From the NCBI GenBank assembly GCA_002327925.1, contig DCVA01000003.1, positions 5,809-69,808 on the forward strand: a stretch of DNA of 64,000 nt, read 5' to 3'. This document shows positions 8,175 to 19,325 of the stretch, in pieces; the first letter of the stretch is position 1; each line of letters starts with the position of its first letter. The notes below the pieces were generated by a model. The model was not told where the DNA came from and searched no databases. It worked only from the letters and a program-made list of their open reading frames with translations. The translations under genes were made by a program, and so were the position numbers. The DNA comes from Anaerolineales bacterium UBA2200 (GTDB taxonomy: Bacteria; Chloroflexota; Anaerolineae; UBA2200).

Positions 8175-10757
8175 ATGCCCTCCCAGGAGAACGCTTTTGC
8201 CCATGCCCTTCGGGGCATCCGCGCCATCGGAGTGCGAAACACGCTCCAGTCCGCCTTCTACCCGCTCAGACGCACCTTCCATCAGGGCAGTTTCTCAAAA
8301 GGTGGATCCTCGCCCTCGCTGCTGCAGGGTCTGGCGGCAGTGCTTCGCGGAGGGGCAGACCGGCCGCCGGCGCAGAGACCCAATCTCGCCGACTGCGACA
8401 CTCCGGGGGACGTAGTCTCGGCTGAGCGAGACGGGCAGGTCGTTACTATCCGCTGTGAGCGCGCCTCGCTGCAGATCACCGTCCTGGCGGCCGACACCCT
8501 GCGGGTGCGTTACGGCGTCTCCGGCACCTTCGCGACGGGCCCCTCCTACTCTGTGTGCAAAACGGACGACCAATGGGTTCCGGTCCCCTACTCCGTTGAC
8601 AATCTGGCGGAGGCTGTGGAGATACGTACGGACCTCCTGCTCTGTCGGGTGAGCCGTTCCCCGTGCCGCGTTTCGTTTCTGGATGATCGGGGAACCCCCG
8701 TTCATACTGACGCCCGGGGCATGGCCTGGTCTCGCGACCGGATAGCGCTCTCGACCGCCCTCGTGCCAGGGGCGCAGATCCTCGGGCTGGGAGAGAAGGC
8801 CTGCGGCCAGGACCGTCGCGGCCGGACGTTTACCCTGTGGAACACGGACCCTCAGAACTATCAACCTGGGGCGGATCCCCTCTATCTGAGCATCCCCATG
8901 TTCATCGCGCTTGTCGACGGCCGCGCCCACTCGGTGTTTTATGACAACTCCTACCGGGCCTCTCTCGACGTCGGGGCAACGCAGAACGACGAGTTGCTGT
9001 ACGCGGCAGACGGCGGGGAACTGTGCTACTACTACTTCCACGGCCCTGCCCTGCCCCAGGTCCTGGAACGCTACACAGAGCTGACCGGCCGCCCTGCCCT
9101 GCCTCCTCTCTGGTCGCTGGGCTTCCAGCAGAGCCGCTGGAGCTACTTTCCCGCCGACCGGGTGCGTGAGGTGGCCCGGCTCCTGCGCGAGCACCGCATT
9201 CCGTGCGATGCGTTGTACCTGGACATCCACTACATGGACGGCTACCGGGTCTTCACCTGGGATCGGCATCGCTTCCCGGACCCGACCGGTCTGCTGGCGG
9301 ATCTTCATCGGCAGGGCTTCCGGGTTGTGCTCGCGGTCGACCCTCATGTCAAGTCCGATCGCTCCTATCGCATCTGCGCCGATGGGCTGATGAAGCGAGT
9401 CTTCTGCACTTACCCGGATGGCAGGCCTGCAGGCGGGCCAGTTTGGCCAGGTGAGGCCTTCTTCCCCGACTTTACTGCTGAGCGGGTGCGCTGGTGGTGG
9501 GGCGACCTTTTCTCGGACCTGCTGGATGATGGCGTGGACGGTTTCTGGAACGACATGAACGAGCCAACGATCATCGGACCATCGGGCGATACCCTGGCCG
9601 ACTGCGTTCGCCATGACTGGGAGGGTCAGGGCGCCGATCATCGACAGGCGCACAACGTCTACGGTCAGCTTACCGCCAGAGCGACGGCAGAAGGGCTGCG
9701 GCGCCTCAGGCCGAACTCGCGTACCTTCGTACTGACCCGGTCAGGATGGGCCGGAGTGCAGCGCGATGCCTTCTCCTGGACCGGCGACAACAAGAGTACC
9801 TGGGAGCATCTGCGCCTGAGCCTGCCCATGGTACTGGGCAAAGGGCTGTCAGGTCTGGCGTTCACGGGAGCCGACGTCGGCGGGTTCGACGGCGACGCTG
9901 AAGGGGAACTGCTGGTGCGCTGGACCCAGATGGGTGCCTTCCTGCCCCTATTCCGCAACCATGCTTCCATCTGGAGCCGCGATCAGGAGCCCTGGGCTTT
10001 TGGCGAGAGCTACCTCGGCCCCATACGCGATGCCATCGAGCTGCGCTACCGGCTTTTGCCTTATCTCTACACGGCCGCCTGGCAATGCTCGCAGACAGGC
10101 GCGCCTCCTGCCAGACCGCTGGCCTGGGCCTTCCCCTCCGATCCACACGCCTGTCAGTTGGATAGTCAATTCCTGTGCGGCGACTCTCTGCTGGTGGCTC
10201 CGGTGGTAGAGCGAGGAGCAACTTGCCGGCAGGTCTACCTGCCGCGCGAGACCTGGTTCGACTACTGGACCGGTCAGCGACATCCGGGGCCCATCACACT
10301 GCACGCCGAGTCGCCCCTGGAACGGATTCCCCTCTGGGTAAGGGGGGGTACCGTTTTGCCAACCTGGCCGCTCCTGCAGCACACAGGCGAGGCAGAGCCG
10401 GATCGCCTGTTCCTGGATGTGTATTCGGGCAACGGCAAGAGCGTCCTCTACGAAGATGACGGGCTGAGCCAGGCCTACACCAGGGGTGACCTGAGGGTGA
10501 CCGAGTTCAGGCAGCGTCTGACCGACGCAGACCTCGAAATCACCGCCTCCCGCCACGGTGGGTACTGCCCTTCCTACGGCCTCTGCGAATGGCGCGTGTT
10601 CGGCCTGAGCCAGCCCTCGCAGGTCGAGGTAGACGAAAGGCCGCTCACGAATTGGCGATGGTTCCCCGATCAGCCGGGCGGCGTGCTGAGCTTTGAAACC
10701 GGGCCTCTGGTGCAGAGGGTGGTTATTCGCTTCGCGTCTGCGCCAGCAGCGCCATAG
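8175..10757 (+). CDS. glycoside hydrolase family 31 alpha-glucosidase
   Basis: GH31 nucleophile region [12 protein letters not shown] and an N-terminal beta-sandwich (…TLRVRYG). 860 aa. The exact start is uncertain because the N-terminal 60 aa are low-complexity. Confidence 0.9.
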   Translation: MPSQENAFAHALRGIRAIGVRNTLQSAFYPLRRTFHQGSFSKGGSSPSLLQGLAAVLRGGADRPPAQRPNLADCDTPGDVVSAERDGQVVTIRCERASLQITVLAADTLRVRYGVSGTFATGPSYSVCKTDDQWVPVPYSVDNLAEAVEIRTDLLLCRVSRSPCRVSFLDDRGTPVHTDARGMAWSRDRIALSTALVPGAQILGLGEKACGQDRRGRTFTLWNTDPQNYQPGADPLYLSIPMFIALVDGRAHSVFYDNSYRASLDVGATQNDELLYAADGGELCYYYFHGPALPQVLERYTELTGRPALPPLWSLGFQQSRWSYFPADRVREVARLLREHRIPCDALYLDIHYMDGYRVFTWDRHRFPDPTGLLADLHRQGFRVVLAVDPHVKSDRSYRICADGLMKRVFCTYPDGRPAGGPVWPGEAFFPDFTAERVRWWWGDLFSDLLDDGVDGFWNDMNEPTIIGPSGDTLADCVRHDWEGQGADHRQAHNVYGQLTARATAEGLRRLRPNSRTFVLTRSGWAGVQRDAFSWTGDNKSTWEHLRLSLPMVLGKGLSGLAFTGADVGGFDGDAEGELLVRWTQMGAFLPLFRNHASIWSRDQEPWAFGESYLGPIRDAIELRYRLLPYLYTAAWQCSQTGAPPARPLAWAFPSDPHACQLDSQFLCGDSLLVAPVVERGATCRQVYLPRETWFDYWTGQRHPGPITLHAESPLERIPLWVRGGTVLPTWPLLQHTGEAEPDRLFLDVYSGNGKSVLYEDDGLSQAYTRGDLRVTEFRQRLTDADLEITASRHGGYCPSYGLCEWRVFGLSQPSQVEVDERPLTNWRWFPDQPGGVLSFETGPLVQRVVIRFASAPAAP

Positions 10758-12768
10758 CCCGGTCAACAATGGCCTTGACGCTAAAGCCAAGCTGCTCATA
10801 GAGCACCTGCTGCGGTGCAGAGGCCCCAAAGCGTTCTAGACTGATCACGGCTCCGCTGCGGCCGACCCAGCGATGCCAGCCCAGACCCGCTCCCGCCTCA
10901 ATGGCCAGGCGCACCGGGACTGAGGCCGGGAGTGTGGCCTCCTGGTATTCGGACGATTGGGCCGCGAACAGCTCCCAGCTGGGCATGCTGACCACCCGCG
11001 CCTGGACGCCGTTCTGCTTCAGCGCTTCCCGTGCCTGCAGGGCAAGGCTCACCTCTGAGCCGCTGGCCATCAGGACGATCGAGGAGCTACTCTCCCGGAC
11101 TGCCGGCCCGCGGGAAGGGCTCCCATCCGCGAGCACGTACGCGCCCCGGACCACACCGCCGACCCCCGCAAGAAGCGTCCGATCCAGCACGGGCAGCTTC
11201 TGCCGGCTCAGCACGAGGGCCACGGGCCCCTCGCGGTGCCGCAGCGCCCAGCGCCAGGCCTCCACGGTTTCACCGGCATCCGCCGGGCGAATGACGGTGA
11301 GCTGCGGGATCGCGCGCAGCGCAGCCAGGTGCTCGACCGGCTGGTGGGTGGGGCCATCCTCACCCAGACCGATGCTGTCGTGCGTGAACACGTAGACCAC
11401 GGGCAACTGCATCAGCGCGGCAAGGCGAATCGCCGGGCGCATATAGTCGGAGAACACCAGAAAGGTGCCGCCGTAGACCCTCAGCCCCCCATGCAGGGCC
11501 ATACCATTCAGGATGGCGCCCATGGCGTGCTCACGCACGCCAAAGTGCAAATTGCGACCGCCCGGTGTCTCAGCGCCAAAAGCGGAATAGCCGCGCAGGT
11601 AGGTGTTGTTCGAAGGGGAGAGGTCGGCCGATCCTCCGACCAGCTCCGGCAGAAGGGGGGCAATGGCGTTCAGCACCTTGCCCGATGCCTCGCGGGTGGA
11701 GGCGGTGGCTGCCGGATCCGGAAACGTCGGCAGGCTGCTTTCCCAGCCATCCGGGAGCTGGCCGCTTTGGCAGCGATACCATTCCCTTCCCAGCTCGGGA
11801 TAGGCCTCCCTGTATGCGTTCAGTGTGTCTATCCAGGCGGACTGGGCCCTCGCACCGGATTCCAGGGCCACTCGAAAGCGCTCCAGCACGGCAGGAGGGA
11901 TGTGGAAGTGCTCCCCGGCAGTCCATCCCAGAGCCTCCTTGGTGCGCCGGACCTCCTCCGCGCCCAGAGGCGCACCGTGTGCCTCAGAACTATCCTGCTT
12001 GCCCGGGCTGCCGTAGGCGATGTGCGTTCGCGCGATAATGAGCGATGGGCGCTCTGTCTGAGAGGTGGCCATGTCGAGAGCCGCGGCCACCCCGGCGAGG
12101 TCGTTCCCCTCTACACGCTGGACGAGCCAGCCGTAAGCCTCAAAGCGAGCCCCAACGTCTTCCGAAAAGGCCAGGCTCGTCGGGCCTTCAATGGTGATGC
12201 GGTTGTCGTCGTACAGGTAGATCAGCTTGCCGAGTTTCATGTGCCCGGCCAGCGAGGCTGCCTCCGAGCTGACGCCTTCCATCAGGTCTCCGTCGCTCAC
12301 CAGGCCAAAAGTGTGGTGATTCACCAGCTCCAGGCGGGGCCGGTTGAATCGTGCGGCCAGCATTCGCTCGGCAATGGCCATCCCCACACCCGAGGCAAAG
12401 CCCTGGCCCAGCGGACCAGTGGTCACCTCCACTCCCGGAACCAGTCCGTGCTCAGGGTGACCTGGCGTGCGGCTGTTCCACTGACGAAAGCGTTTCAGCT
12501 CTTCCAGGGGCAGGTCGTATCCGGTAAGGTGCAGCAGCGAGTAGAGCAACGCGCTGCCGTGCCCCGCTGAGAGCACGAAGCGGTCGCGGTCCGGCCACGA
12601 TGGATCGGCAGGGTTATGCTTCAGGAAGCGGGTCCAGAGTACAAAGGCCATTGCCGCGGCACCCATGGGCATACCGGGGTGGCCCGACTGGGCCTGCTCG
12701 ACCATATCCATGGCCAGCGTGCGGATTGTGTTGATGCACAGCTCGTCCGATGTGGCCTGTTTCAACAT
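10723..12768 (-). CDS. tkt: transketolase (full-length)
   Basis: 681 aa. N-terminus [18 protein letters not shown]… and a TPP-binding region. A GGAGG RBS precedes the ATG. The 3' end overlaps the GH31 3' end by 35 nt (convergent). Confidence 0.9.
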   Translation of the reverse strand: MLKQATSDELCINTIRTLAMDMVEQAQSGHPGMPMGAAAMAFVLWTRFLKHNPADPSWPDRDRFVLSAGHGSALLYSLLHLTGYDLPLEELKRFRQWNSRTPGHPEHGLVPGVEVTTGPLGQGFASGVGMAIAERMLAARFNRPRLELVNHHTFGLVSDGDLMEGVSSEAASLAGHMKLGKLIYLYDDNRITIEGPTSLAFSEDVGARFEAYGWLVQRVEGNDLAGVAAALDMATSQTERPSLIIARTHIAYGSPGKQDSSEAHGAPLGAEEVRRTKEALGWTAGEHFHIPPAVLERFRVALESGARAQSAWIDTLNAYREAYPELGREWYRCQSGQLPDGWESSLPTFPDPAATASTREASGKVLNAIAPLLPELVGGSADLSPSNNTYLRGYSAFGAETPGGRNLHFGVREHAMGAILNGMALHGGLRVYGGTFLVFSDYMRPAIRLAALMQLPVVYVFTHDSIGLGEDGPTHQPVEHLAALRAIPQLTVIRPADAGETVEAWRWALRHREGPVALVLSRQKLPVLDRTLLAGVGGVVRGAYVLADGSPSRGPAVRESSSSIVLMASGSEVSLALQAREALKQNGVQARVVSMPSWELFAAQSSEYQEATLPASVPVRLAIEAGAGLGWHRWVGRSGAVISLERFGASAPQQVLYEQLGFSVKAIVDRAMALLAQTRSE

Positions 12769-12878
12769 GAGCTTCCTCCAGATTCGTAATGCGCTGGCCT
12801 GTGCGGCTCGCCCGCCTCGGCATCATTATACCACCGGCCGTCGGGCAACCGGCCTGATCCAGGTGCCTCCGATTGCGC

Positions 12879-12908
12879 TTGTCACGGGACCCGCCATCGT
12901 TGTACAAT
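12879..12908 (+). promoter_or_regulatory. candidate promoter TTGTCA-N18-TACAAT ending 7 nt before ATG 12915 (leaderless transcript candidate)
   Basis: Seen in sequence. There is no room for an RBS between the -10 element and the ATG. Confidence 0.35.
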
Positions 12909-12914
12909 CTGCCT

Positions 12915-13583
12915 ATGGACACGCATGTGAGCCTCGGCCGGATTCGTCTGGCCCTGAAGAGACCTCTCCCCGGGCGCGCAGCGCAGGTGACCATGGCAAC
13001 CAGACCGCGTCCCGGTGACACACAGGAAATCCCTGACCCATGCCCCCATGAGGGAGCTGTGCTGGTCCTGTTGTGCGAGAGGGATGGTGCACTGGAGTTC
13101 CCGCTCACGGTCCGCGCCACGACCGTCCAAACGCACAAGGGGCAGATCTCCCTCCCCGGCGGAGCGCGCGAGCCCGGCGACAGGAGCTTTGAGGAGACGG
13201 CCCTCAGGGAGACGTCAGAGGAGCTGGGAATCCAGACCAAAGGCGTAGAGATCCTTGGAGCGCTGAGCCGACTCTTCATACCGCACAGCGGCTTCTGCGT
13301 GCACCCCTTCGTCGGCTTCAGCAAGCGCCAGCTTCGATGGCGCCCGGATCCCGCCGAGGTGGCACAGGCTTTCGACGCTCCCCTGGACAGGCTACTGGAC
13401 CCGGCGACGGTGCACGAAGAAGTTTATCTCTGGGATGGCCAGCGCTTTGCGGTGCCGGCGTACCATTTTGGCGAGCACAGGGTGTGGGGAGCCACGGCCA
13501 TGATTCTGGCCGAGCTGGTTGCCATCCTTCGGGGCAGCACCACTCTGCCCGGTGAATCCGACCGGCAGGAAGGCGAGCCCTAG
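12915..13583 (+). CDS. NUDIX hydrolase, CoA pyrophosphatase (NudL-like)
   Basis: Nudix box GGAREPGDRSFEETALRETSEELG, with NudL-like flanking sequence. The ORF-track start at 12873 is a TTG, and the ATG at 12915 is preferred. Confidence 0.75.
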   Translation: MDTHVSLGRIRLALKRPLPGRAAQVTMATRPRPGDTQEIPDPCPHEGAVLVLLCERDGALEFPLTVRATTVQTHKGQISLPGGAREPGDRSFEETALRETSEELGIQTKGVEILGALSRLFIPHSGFCVHPFVGFSKRQLRWRPDPAEVAQAFDAPLDRLLDPATVHEEVYLWDGQRFAVPAYHFGEHRVWGATAMILAELVAILRGSTTLPGESDRQEGEP

Positions 13584-14917
13584 AGCACCCGCAGGTAGCG
13601 GCCGATTTCCCAGGAACTGACCTGGATACGGTACTCATCCCACTCCTGCCGTTTGGCCTCGAGATAACGTCTGAAGGTGTGCTCTCCAAACGCTGCGGCG
13701 ATCACCTCGTCGCGCTCCAGCTCCTGCAGCGCTTCCTCCAGCGTGCCGGGGAGGGATACGATATCGCGTGAGCGCAGCATCAGCGAATCGAACTCGTAGA
13801 CGTTCTCCTCAACCGGTGCCGGGGGCATCAGGTCGCGGCGAATGCCGTCCAACCCGGCCGCAAGCATGGCGGCGAAAGCCAAATACGGATTGGCGCTCGG
13901 ATCCGGGCAGCGCAGCTCGCAGCGAGTCGAAGTCTCGCCATTCCCCGGGAGGCTCGCGGGGATGCGGATCAGGGCCGAGCGGTTGATCTGTCCCCAGCAG
14001 ATGTACACAGGAGCCTCATAGCCAGGCACCAGTCTCTTGTACGAGTTGACCGTCGGAGCAACCACCGCCGCCAGCGCGCGAGCGTGCATCATCTGCCCGG
14101 CGATAAAGTTGTACGCCAGACGCGAGAGATGGTAGGGATCATTCCTGTCATCAAAGACATTATGACCGTCCTTCGCCGCCAGGCTCTGGTGAACATGCAT
14201 GCCTGAGCCTGCGGCATGGAGCATGGGTTTGGGCATGAACGTGGCATAGAGTCCATCGTTCTGGGCCACCGCCTTGATGGTATATCGCAAGGTCACCACG
14301 GCATCGGCGCTGGTCAGAGCATCGGCATAGCGAAAGTCCACCTCCTGCTGACCCGGGCCGCACTCGTGATGAGCGGCCTCAACCGCGATGCCCATAGACT
14401 GGAGAGCCAGGGCGATTCGGTTGCGAACCTGGGAGGCCAGGTCGCGCGGCGAAAAGTCGAAATAGCCCGCATGATCCTGGGGCACGGGGGTGAGCTCGGC
14501 CTCTCCGTTGCCTTTGAACAGGTAAAACTCCACTTCGGGTCCCGTGTTGAAGCCAAACCCCATCGCGGCGGCGTCGGCCAGACTGTCCTTGAGGATACGC
14601 CGCGGGTCGCCCACAAAGGGCCGTCCCTGAGGGTCAAAGGCATCGCAGATCAGGCGAGCTGTGCGCTCCGGCGGCATCGTCCAGGGCAGAACCGCGTACG
14701 TGCCCGGATCCGGTCGAAGAACCATATCGCTTTCGGCGATTCGCGCAAACCCCTCGATCGAGGACCCGTCAAAGTTCATGCCATGTTCCAGAGCCGATGC
14801 CAGACCGGCCACTGGAATGGTAACATTCTTCACCGTGCCAAAGATGTCGGTGAACTGGAGGCTGATAAAGCTGACCCCGTCCTCACCGGCTCGAGCAAGA
14901 ACTGCCTCTGCTTTCAT
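13580..14917 (-). CDS. glnA: glutamine synthetase (type I-like, 445 aa)
   Basis: GS beta-grasp and catalytic-domain motifs (…FDGSSIEGF…, …HVHQSL…). A GGAGG RBS precedes ATG 14917. Confidence 0.85.
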   Translation of the reverse strand: MKAEAVLARAGEDGVSFISLQFTDIFGTVKNVTIPVAGLASALEHGMNFDGSSIEGFARIAESDMVLRPDPGTYAVLPWTMPPERTARLICDAFDPQGRPFVGDPRRILKDSLADAAAMGFGFNTGPEVEFYLFKGNGEAELTPVPQDHAGYFDFSPRDLASQVRNRIALALQSMGIAVEAAHHECGPGQQEVDFRYADALTSADAVVTLRYTIKAVAQNDGLYATFMPKPMLHAAGSGMHVHQSLAAKDGHNVFDDRNDPYHLSRLAYNFIAGQMMHARALAAVVAPTVNSYKRLVPGYEAPVYICWGQINRSALIRIPASLPGNGETSTRCELRCPDPSANPYLAFAAMLAAGLDGIRRDLMPPAPVEENVYEFDSLMLRSRDIVSLPGTLEEALQELERDEVIAAAFGEHTFRRYLEAKRQEWDEYRIQVSSWEIGRYLRVL

Positions 14918-15020
14918 GGTGCTTCCTCCATTCAGGCTTTGGAACACGCACACAAAGCGACGGCGACCTCTAGCGGAGATCGCCGTCGTTCTCCGAACTG
15001 ATGGCGTGCCTGGCAGCCCC

Positions 15021-16385
15021 TCAGGGCTGGCCCGGACGCTTCCTCAGGGCAAACCAGCCGATCCAGCCCAGCAGGCCCGCGGCTACCAGCACCTGCCGCG
15101 CCGCCTGTAGCAGCGACCAGTAGGGAAACGATTCGTTGACCCTGGTCATCCTGATCTGGTACCAGGCACTCGGTTCTGTGAGCACTCGTGGCTGCTCCAG
15201 CACAGCAGGCGTCCAGTCAAAGGCCATGTCCAGAGAGACGGACTGCTCTCCCACAAAGCGCGGCTGAACAGTCCACGACCAGAGCAGCGACGCTTCCGGT
15301 CCGGTAAGTACCTGCTCAAGAGTCGACGCCGCCTCGACCTCGAAGGTCGCCGCGCTGAGCTGTGTCTTCACGCCGAGCACATAGACGTCAAACGAGCTGG
15401 CGTCTACAACCGTCGCCCGGGGACGGAAGACCAGCTTTACCGGATAGGTGTTACCCACTTCCATCTGGTTCCACCAGTGAACTTCGACCACCCGTGGCGA
15501 ACCAGCCAGGATGACTGTCGGCGTGGCAAAAGGCGTGGAGGAGGGAGCGGCCTCGGTGGGCGACACAGTCTCAGGAGGCGGCGTGGGCAGCGCCGGCTCG
15601 TATCGAATGGTCAGTCTGGGCCTGCTCTCAGGGTCCCCGTTCTCGCTGGAGAAGAAGATGTGGTGAGACGGGACGGCAGATTCAAAGCTCTTGATCAGCA
15701 TTCCGAAATTACCCTGCGGCTCGCGCAGCCAGTACTGCACCAGGGCTGTCACGTCGAACTCGATCCACTGGGGATCGGACTTGGTGCTCACATTCTGAAA
15801 CGGGCCGGATTCTCGGTCCGAAAGCCCGTTGGCCCCCGCCTTTTCCCATGGCCTGCTCCAGCTCACCGTGCACGGATCCCAGAGGCCTCGTGGAAGGTAC
15901 AGACCCAGCTCCACACCCTTGTTGCCCTGCACGGCGTAGAGCTCCAGTGTCGCCTGAACGACCACGGCACTGGAATCGAGGCCGGCAATGGGCCCCGGCA
16001 ATCGAGTGAGGTCGAAGCGGATCAGGGTGGCGGCTTTGTCAGTGGTGACCACATAGAGCTCGCCCGAATCGCAGTAATTCTCGTCCGGGCGATAGAACTG
16101 GAGGTAGGTATCGCTGCATCCGGAGTATCCATCTCGGCCCTGCTGCAGGACGGTCGTCTTCTGCCTGTCGGTAGCAGGGGGACTCTGCGTGGGAGTGGCC
16201 GGCGGAGCGGAAGGAGACACGGTTGTCGGCCCGGGAGCGGGACCCCCCAGGGGTAGACCCGCCACGTCGTCGGGAAGAGCGAAGACCTCCACCAGCTCCC
16301 GCGGCATCCGGAGCTGGAGGGCTACCGTGAGGGCCATCGCCAGTGCCAGGGCCACCAGACTCAGACGTAAGAGCAAGCGTGCCAT
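15021..16385 (-). CDS. secreted/membrane-anchored protein with DNRLRE-like domain
   Basis: N-terminal signal/TM, then a Pro/Thr-rich linker, then a DNRLRE-type motif (DTYL…YVVTTDKAATLIRFDL) and a C-terminal TM helix. Confidence 0.55.
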   Translation of the reverse strand: MARLLLRLSLVALALAMALTVALQLRMPRELVEVFALPDDVAGLPLGGPAPGPTTVSPSAPPATPTQSPPATDRQKTTVLQQGRDGYSGCSDTYLQFYRPDENYCDSGELYVVTTDKAATLIRFDLTRLPGPIAGLDSSAVVVQATLELYAVQGNKGVELGLYLPRGLWDPCTVSWSRPWEKAGANGLSDRESGPFQNVSTKSDPQWIEFDVTALVQYWLREPQGNFGMLIKSFESAVPSHHIFFSSENGDPESRPRLTIRYEPALPTPPPETVSPTEAAPSSTPFATPTVILAGSPRVVEVHWWNQMEVGNTYPVKLVFRPRATVVDASSFDVYVLGVKTQLSAATFEVEAASTLEQVLTGPEASLLWSWTVQPRFVGEQSVSLDMAFDWTPAVLEQPRVLTEPSAWYQIRMTRVNESFPYWSLLQAARQVLVAAGLLGWIGWFALRKRPGQP

Positions 16386-16536
16386 GAGGAACGCACTCCT
16401 GTCATTCGTTGCTTACCCGCCCAGTATAGGTCATCGCGCTCCAATTGGCAAAATGCAGTCATGGGGGTTGAGGTCATCAGCACTTGACAGACGGTCAGGG
16501 GGCCATCATAATGCTGCCATACTGCGGAACCATACC

Positions 16537-17043
16537 GTGCACCTCAAACTCAGTTCGGTCGTCCTGTTGTTCCTGCTGACGATGGCCAGCTCGGGCTGTC
16601 GGTCGCGATCCACCTCGTCGCTGGCCATAGAGGTCGGCCAGCCAGTTGAACTCGGGGCGTGGCGCCTGATCGTTCACAGCGTGACGACCCTGACCGCCGA
16701 CCCCTGGCGCCAGCCGGAGCAAGGAATGCAGTTTCTGGCCATCGAGCTCACCGTGGAGAACACCAGCGCCAACATACGCTACATGATGCCCGAGAACCAG
16801 ATGCTGCTTGTCGGTCCCAACGGTGACAGGGCACCTCTCGACGCTTCAGCCGGCGTGCTGGCGGCCAGGCAGAGCCAGTGGATGGTCGTGCAGGGGGAGA
16901 TCGGACCTGGACGCCTGCTGCATGGCGGGGTTTCGTACGAGGTGCCCGCCGATCTCAGTGGCTGGCGCTGGGTCTTTCGCCCCGAACTGCTCCCCACCGG
17001 CCTGGAGGGAGTGCTGGACCTGAGGGAATTCAGCCCGCAGTAG
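16537..17043 (+). CDS. DUF4352-like lipoprotein
   Basis: GTG start gives the lipoprotein signal VHLKLSSVVLLFLLTMASSGC. DUF4352-type beta-sandwich motifs are present (ANIRYMMPENQMLLVGPNGD…YEVP). An alternative ATG start is at 16453. Confidence 0.55.
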   Translation: MHLKLSSVVLLFLLTMASSGCRSRSTSSLAIEVGQPVELGAWRLIVHSVTTLTADPWRQPEQGMQFLAIELTVENTSANIRYMMPENQMLLVGPNGDRAPLDASAGVLAARQSQWMVVQGEIGPGRLLHGGVSYEVPADLSGWRWVFRPELLPTGLEGVLDLREFSPQ

Positions 17044-17067
17044 CGAATCCTGGCTCGAGCCGGCAGC

Positions 17068-17721
17068 ATGCAGAAGCACACACCCACAGTGGCCCAACAA
17101 CTGCTGCAACTGCTCTTTCCGTCCCGCTGTGTCGCCTGTGGTCGCCATGGCGACTGGATCTGCCGCTCCTGCCTCAGCCAGGTCCTTTTCTACCACCCGC
17201 CCTGGCCGCTCCCGAGCCATAATCTCAGCCCGCTGCGCAGCGTTCACTGCGCGACCCGATTCGCCGGGCCCATGCGTACGGCAATCCACAGGTTCAAATA
17301 CGGCGGACTGCGCGCCCTCGCGCCTCTGTTCGGCCAGATGCTGGCCGAATGCTGGTATCTGGACCCTTTCCCGGTGGACGTCATTGTGCCGGTCCCACTG
17401 CATGCGGCTCGACTGCGCCAACGCGGATACAATCAGTCGGCGCTGTTGGCGCGTGAGCTGGGCCGCCATGCGGGATTGACCCTGTCTGAAGACTCGCTGC
17501 TACGTTGTGTGGACACCCCTCAGCAGACTCACCTGAACTTGGAGCAACGGATGGAGAACGTGAGCGGAGCCTTCTCATATGAAGGGAACACCCTGAGCGG
17601 GCAGAGCGTGTTGCTGGTTGACGACGTCTTCACAACGGGAGCGACCCTGCGTGCCTGCGGAGCGGAGTTGTTGCGTGCCGGCATCAGGGAGGTCTATGGG
17701 ATGACCCTGGCCCGAGACTAG
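17068..17721 (+). CDS. comF: ComF family protein (double zinc-ribbon + phosphoribosyltransferase domain)
   Basis: CVACGRHGDWICRSC zinc ribbon. PRTase motif VLLVDDVFTTGATL. Confidence 0.8.
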   Translation: MQKHTPTVAQQLLQLLFPSRCVACGRHGDWICRSCLSQVLFYHPPWPLPSHNLSPLRSVHCATRFAGPMRTAIHRFKYGGLRALAPLFGQMLAECWYLDPFPVDVIVPVPLHAARLRQRGYNQSALLARELGRHAGLTLSEDSLLRCVDTPQQTHLNLEQRMENVSGAFSYEGNTLSGQSVLLVDDVFTTGATLRACGAELLRAGIREVYGMTLARD

Positions 17722-17878
17722 TGGCCGTCTACGTGCCCCTGCGTCTGAAGACAGCCACTCGCAAGACGCCGGGACCCCGGCACACCGAAGGGCCGGCAGC
17801 CCGGGTCCTCAATTGGCTTTACGCTTTGTACTGTTTGTGATACAATTGCGCGTTTGACAAGTCCTTACAGGAGTAGAG

Positions 17879-19210
17879 ATGATACCAAGCATGCCCATAC
17901 AAATCGGTTGCCCGAGCTGTGGCAACAAGTACGCAGCCCAGGTGCAGAGCATCGTGGACGTTTCTCAGAACCCGGAGCTCAAGTCCGCTCTCCTGAGAGG
18001 GCAGTTGAACGTGGTCACCTGCCCCGCGTGCAAGACGCCAGCCATGGTCAGCGCCCCGCTGTTGTACCACGACCCAGACAAGTCGCTGCTGCTGCTGTTT
18101 GTGCCGCCGGAGCTGAATCTGCCTCTGACGGAGCGGGAGCGGCTCACCGGACAGCTTGTCAACGCACTCATGAGCGTGGTGCCCGCCGAGAAACGCAAGG
18201 GCTATTTCTTGAATCCTCGCCCTGCACTGACCATGCAGGGTTTGATCGATGAGGTCCTCAAGGCCGATGGCGTCACTCAGGAGATGCTCGAGAAACAACG
18301 TGCACGCTCCAGGCTGATTCAGGACCTTCTGGCCGTTCTGGACACGGAAGAGCAGCTCAACGCCCTCATCGAGCAGCACAGGGCGGAGATCGACTACCCG
18401 TTCCTGCTGACGCTCTCCGCCACACTGGAGGGCAGCGCAGTCTCGGGGCCGAAAATGCTGACGGAGCAGCTGCTCAAGCTGCGTGAGCTGTTGGTAGCCC
18501 GCACGGGCATAGCGCTCCCGGAACCGTTACCCCTGGACACCCCTGTCGCAGAGGTCCTGCAGCGCTCGCTGGCCTTCAAGGACAAGGATAGTCTGTGGGC
18601 CTTTGTTCTCTACAATCGGCCCCTGCTGGACTATGCCTTCTTCCAGGAACTCACGGCCTACATCGAGAAGGCCCCAAAGGAGCAGGCGGACGAGCTGGGC
18701 AAGCGTCGCAGCGACCTGTTGGAGATGACCGAGCGCCTGGACAAGGAAGCGCAGCAAGTCCAGCAGGCAAAGCTACAGGTCCTGCGGCAGACCCTTGCCA
18801 GTTCCGACCCGGCCAAGACCCTGCGAGAGAACAAGCAGGAGATCGACACTCTGTTTCTGGCCATGATCGGCGCTGCGCTACGCAGCGCAGAGAAGGAAGG
18901 CAAGACCGAGAACGTAGAGCGTCTGAAGATGGTCAACGAGGTGGCGCTGCAGGTGCTGCAGGACAGTCTCCCGCCGGAGCTGAGATTGGTCAACGACCTG
19001 CTCAGCGCCGAGTATCCCGAAGGCACGCGCCAGATCCTGGCCCAGCGCCGCAAAGAGTGGAACACCGATTTTCCCGAGATCCTGACCGCCCTGGCCGAAG
19101 ACGTGGAGGCACAGGGGCGCCCTGAGGCAGCCCAGCGTCTGAAGGAGCTGCGCAGCCAGGCGGAAACCATCCTTCAGGTCGGCGGCGAGATTCTGACCGC
19201 GCACTCCTGA
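17879..19210 (+). CDS. CpXC domain-containing protein with long C-terminal helical extension
   Basis: CpXC motifs (CPSCG…CPAC) in the first ~80 aa. An AGGAG RBS precedes the ATG. 443 aa. Confidence 0.7.
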   Translation: MIPSMPIQIGCPSCGNKYAAQVQSIVDVSQNPELKSALLRGQLNVVTCPACKTPAMVSAPLLYHDPDKSLLLLFVPPELNLPLTERERLTGQLVNALMSVVPAEKRKGYFLNPRPALTMQGLIDEVLKADGVTQEMLEKQRARSRLIQDLLAVLDTEEQLNALIEQHRAEIDYPFLLTLSATLEGSAVSGPKMLTEQLLKLRELLVARTGIALPEPLPLDTPVAEVLQRSLAFKDKDSLWAFVLYNRPLLDYAFFQELTAYIEKAPKEQADELGKRRSDLLEMTERLDKEAQQVQQAKLQVLRQTLASSDPAKTLRENKQEIDTLFLAMIGAALRSAEKEGKTENVERLKMVNEVALQVLQDSLPPELRLVNDLLSAEYPEGTRQILAQRRKEWNTDFPEILTALAEDVEAQGRPEAAQRLKELRSQAETILQVGGEILTAHS

Positions 19211-19245
19211 GACCTCCAGCAGGACTCGCGCCACACGCGGAATGT

Positions 19246-19290
19246 AAAGGCCCCGATTCTCCGTTGAGAATCGGGGCCTTTCTCTTGGCC
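19246..19290 (+). terminator. intrinsic terminator hairpin (16-bp perfect stem AAAGGCCCCGATTCTC/GAGAATCGGGGCCTTT, loop CGTT) + T-rich tail, between convergent genes
   Basis: Seen in sequence, 36 nt after the CpXC stop. Confidence 0.5.
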
Positions 19291-19325
19291 TGTGGAACGC
19301 GCGCGGCGCCTCAAAGGGTCTGTGC

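Noticed and set aside
8295-9653. 452-aa minus-strand ORF inside the GH31 gene
   Set aside because: Antisense to a gene with unmistakable GH31 motifs. No family resemblance.
11236-12570. 444-aa plus-strand ORF antisense to transketolase
   Set aside because: Antisense shadow ORF. The transketolase identity on the minus strand is unambiguous.
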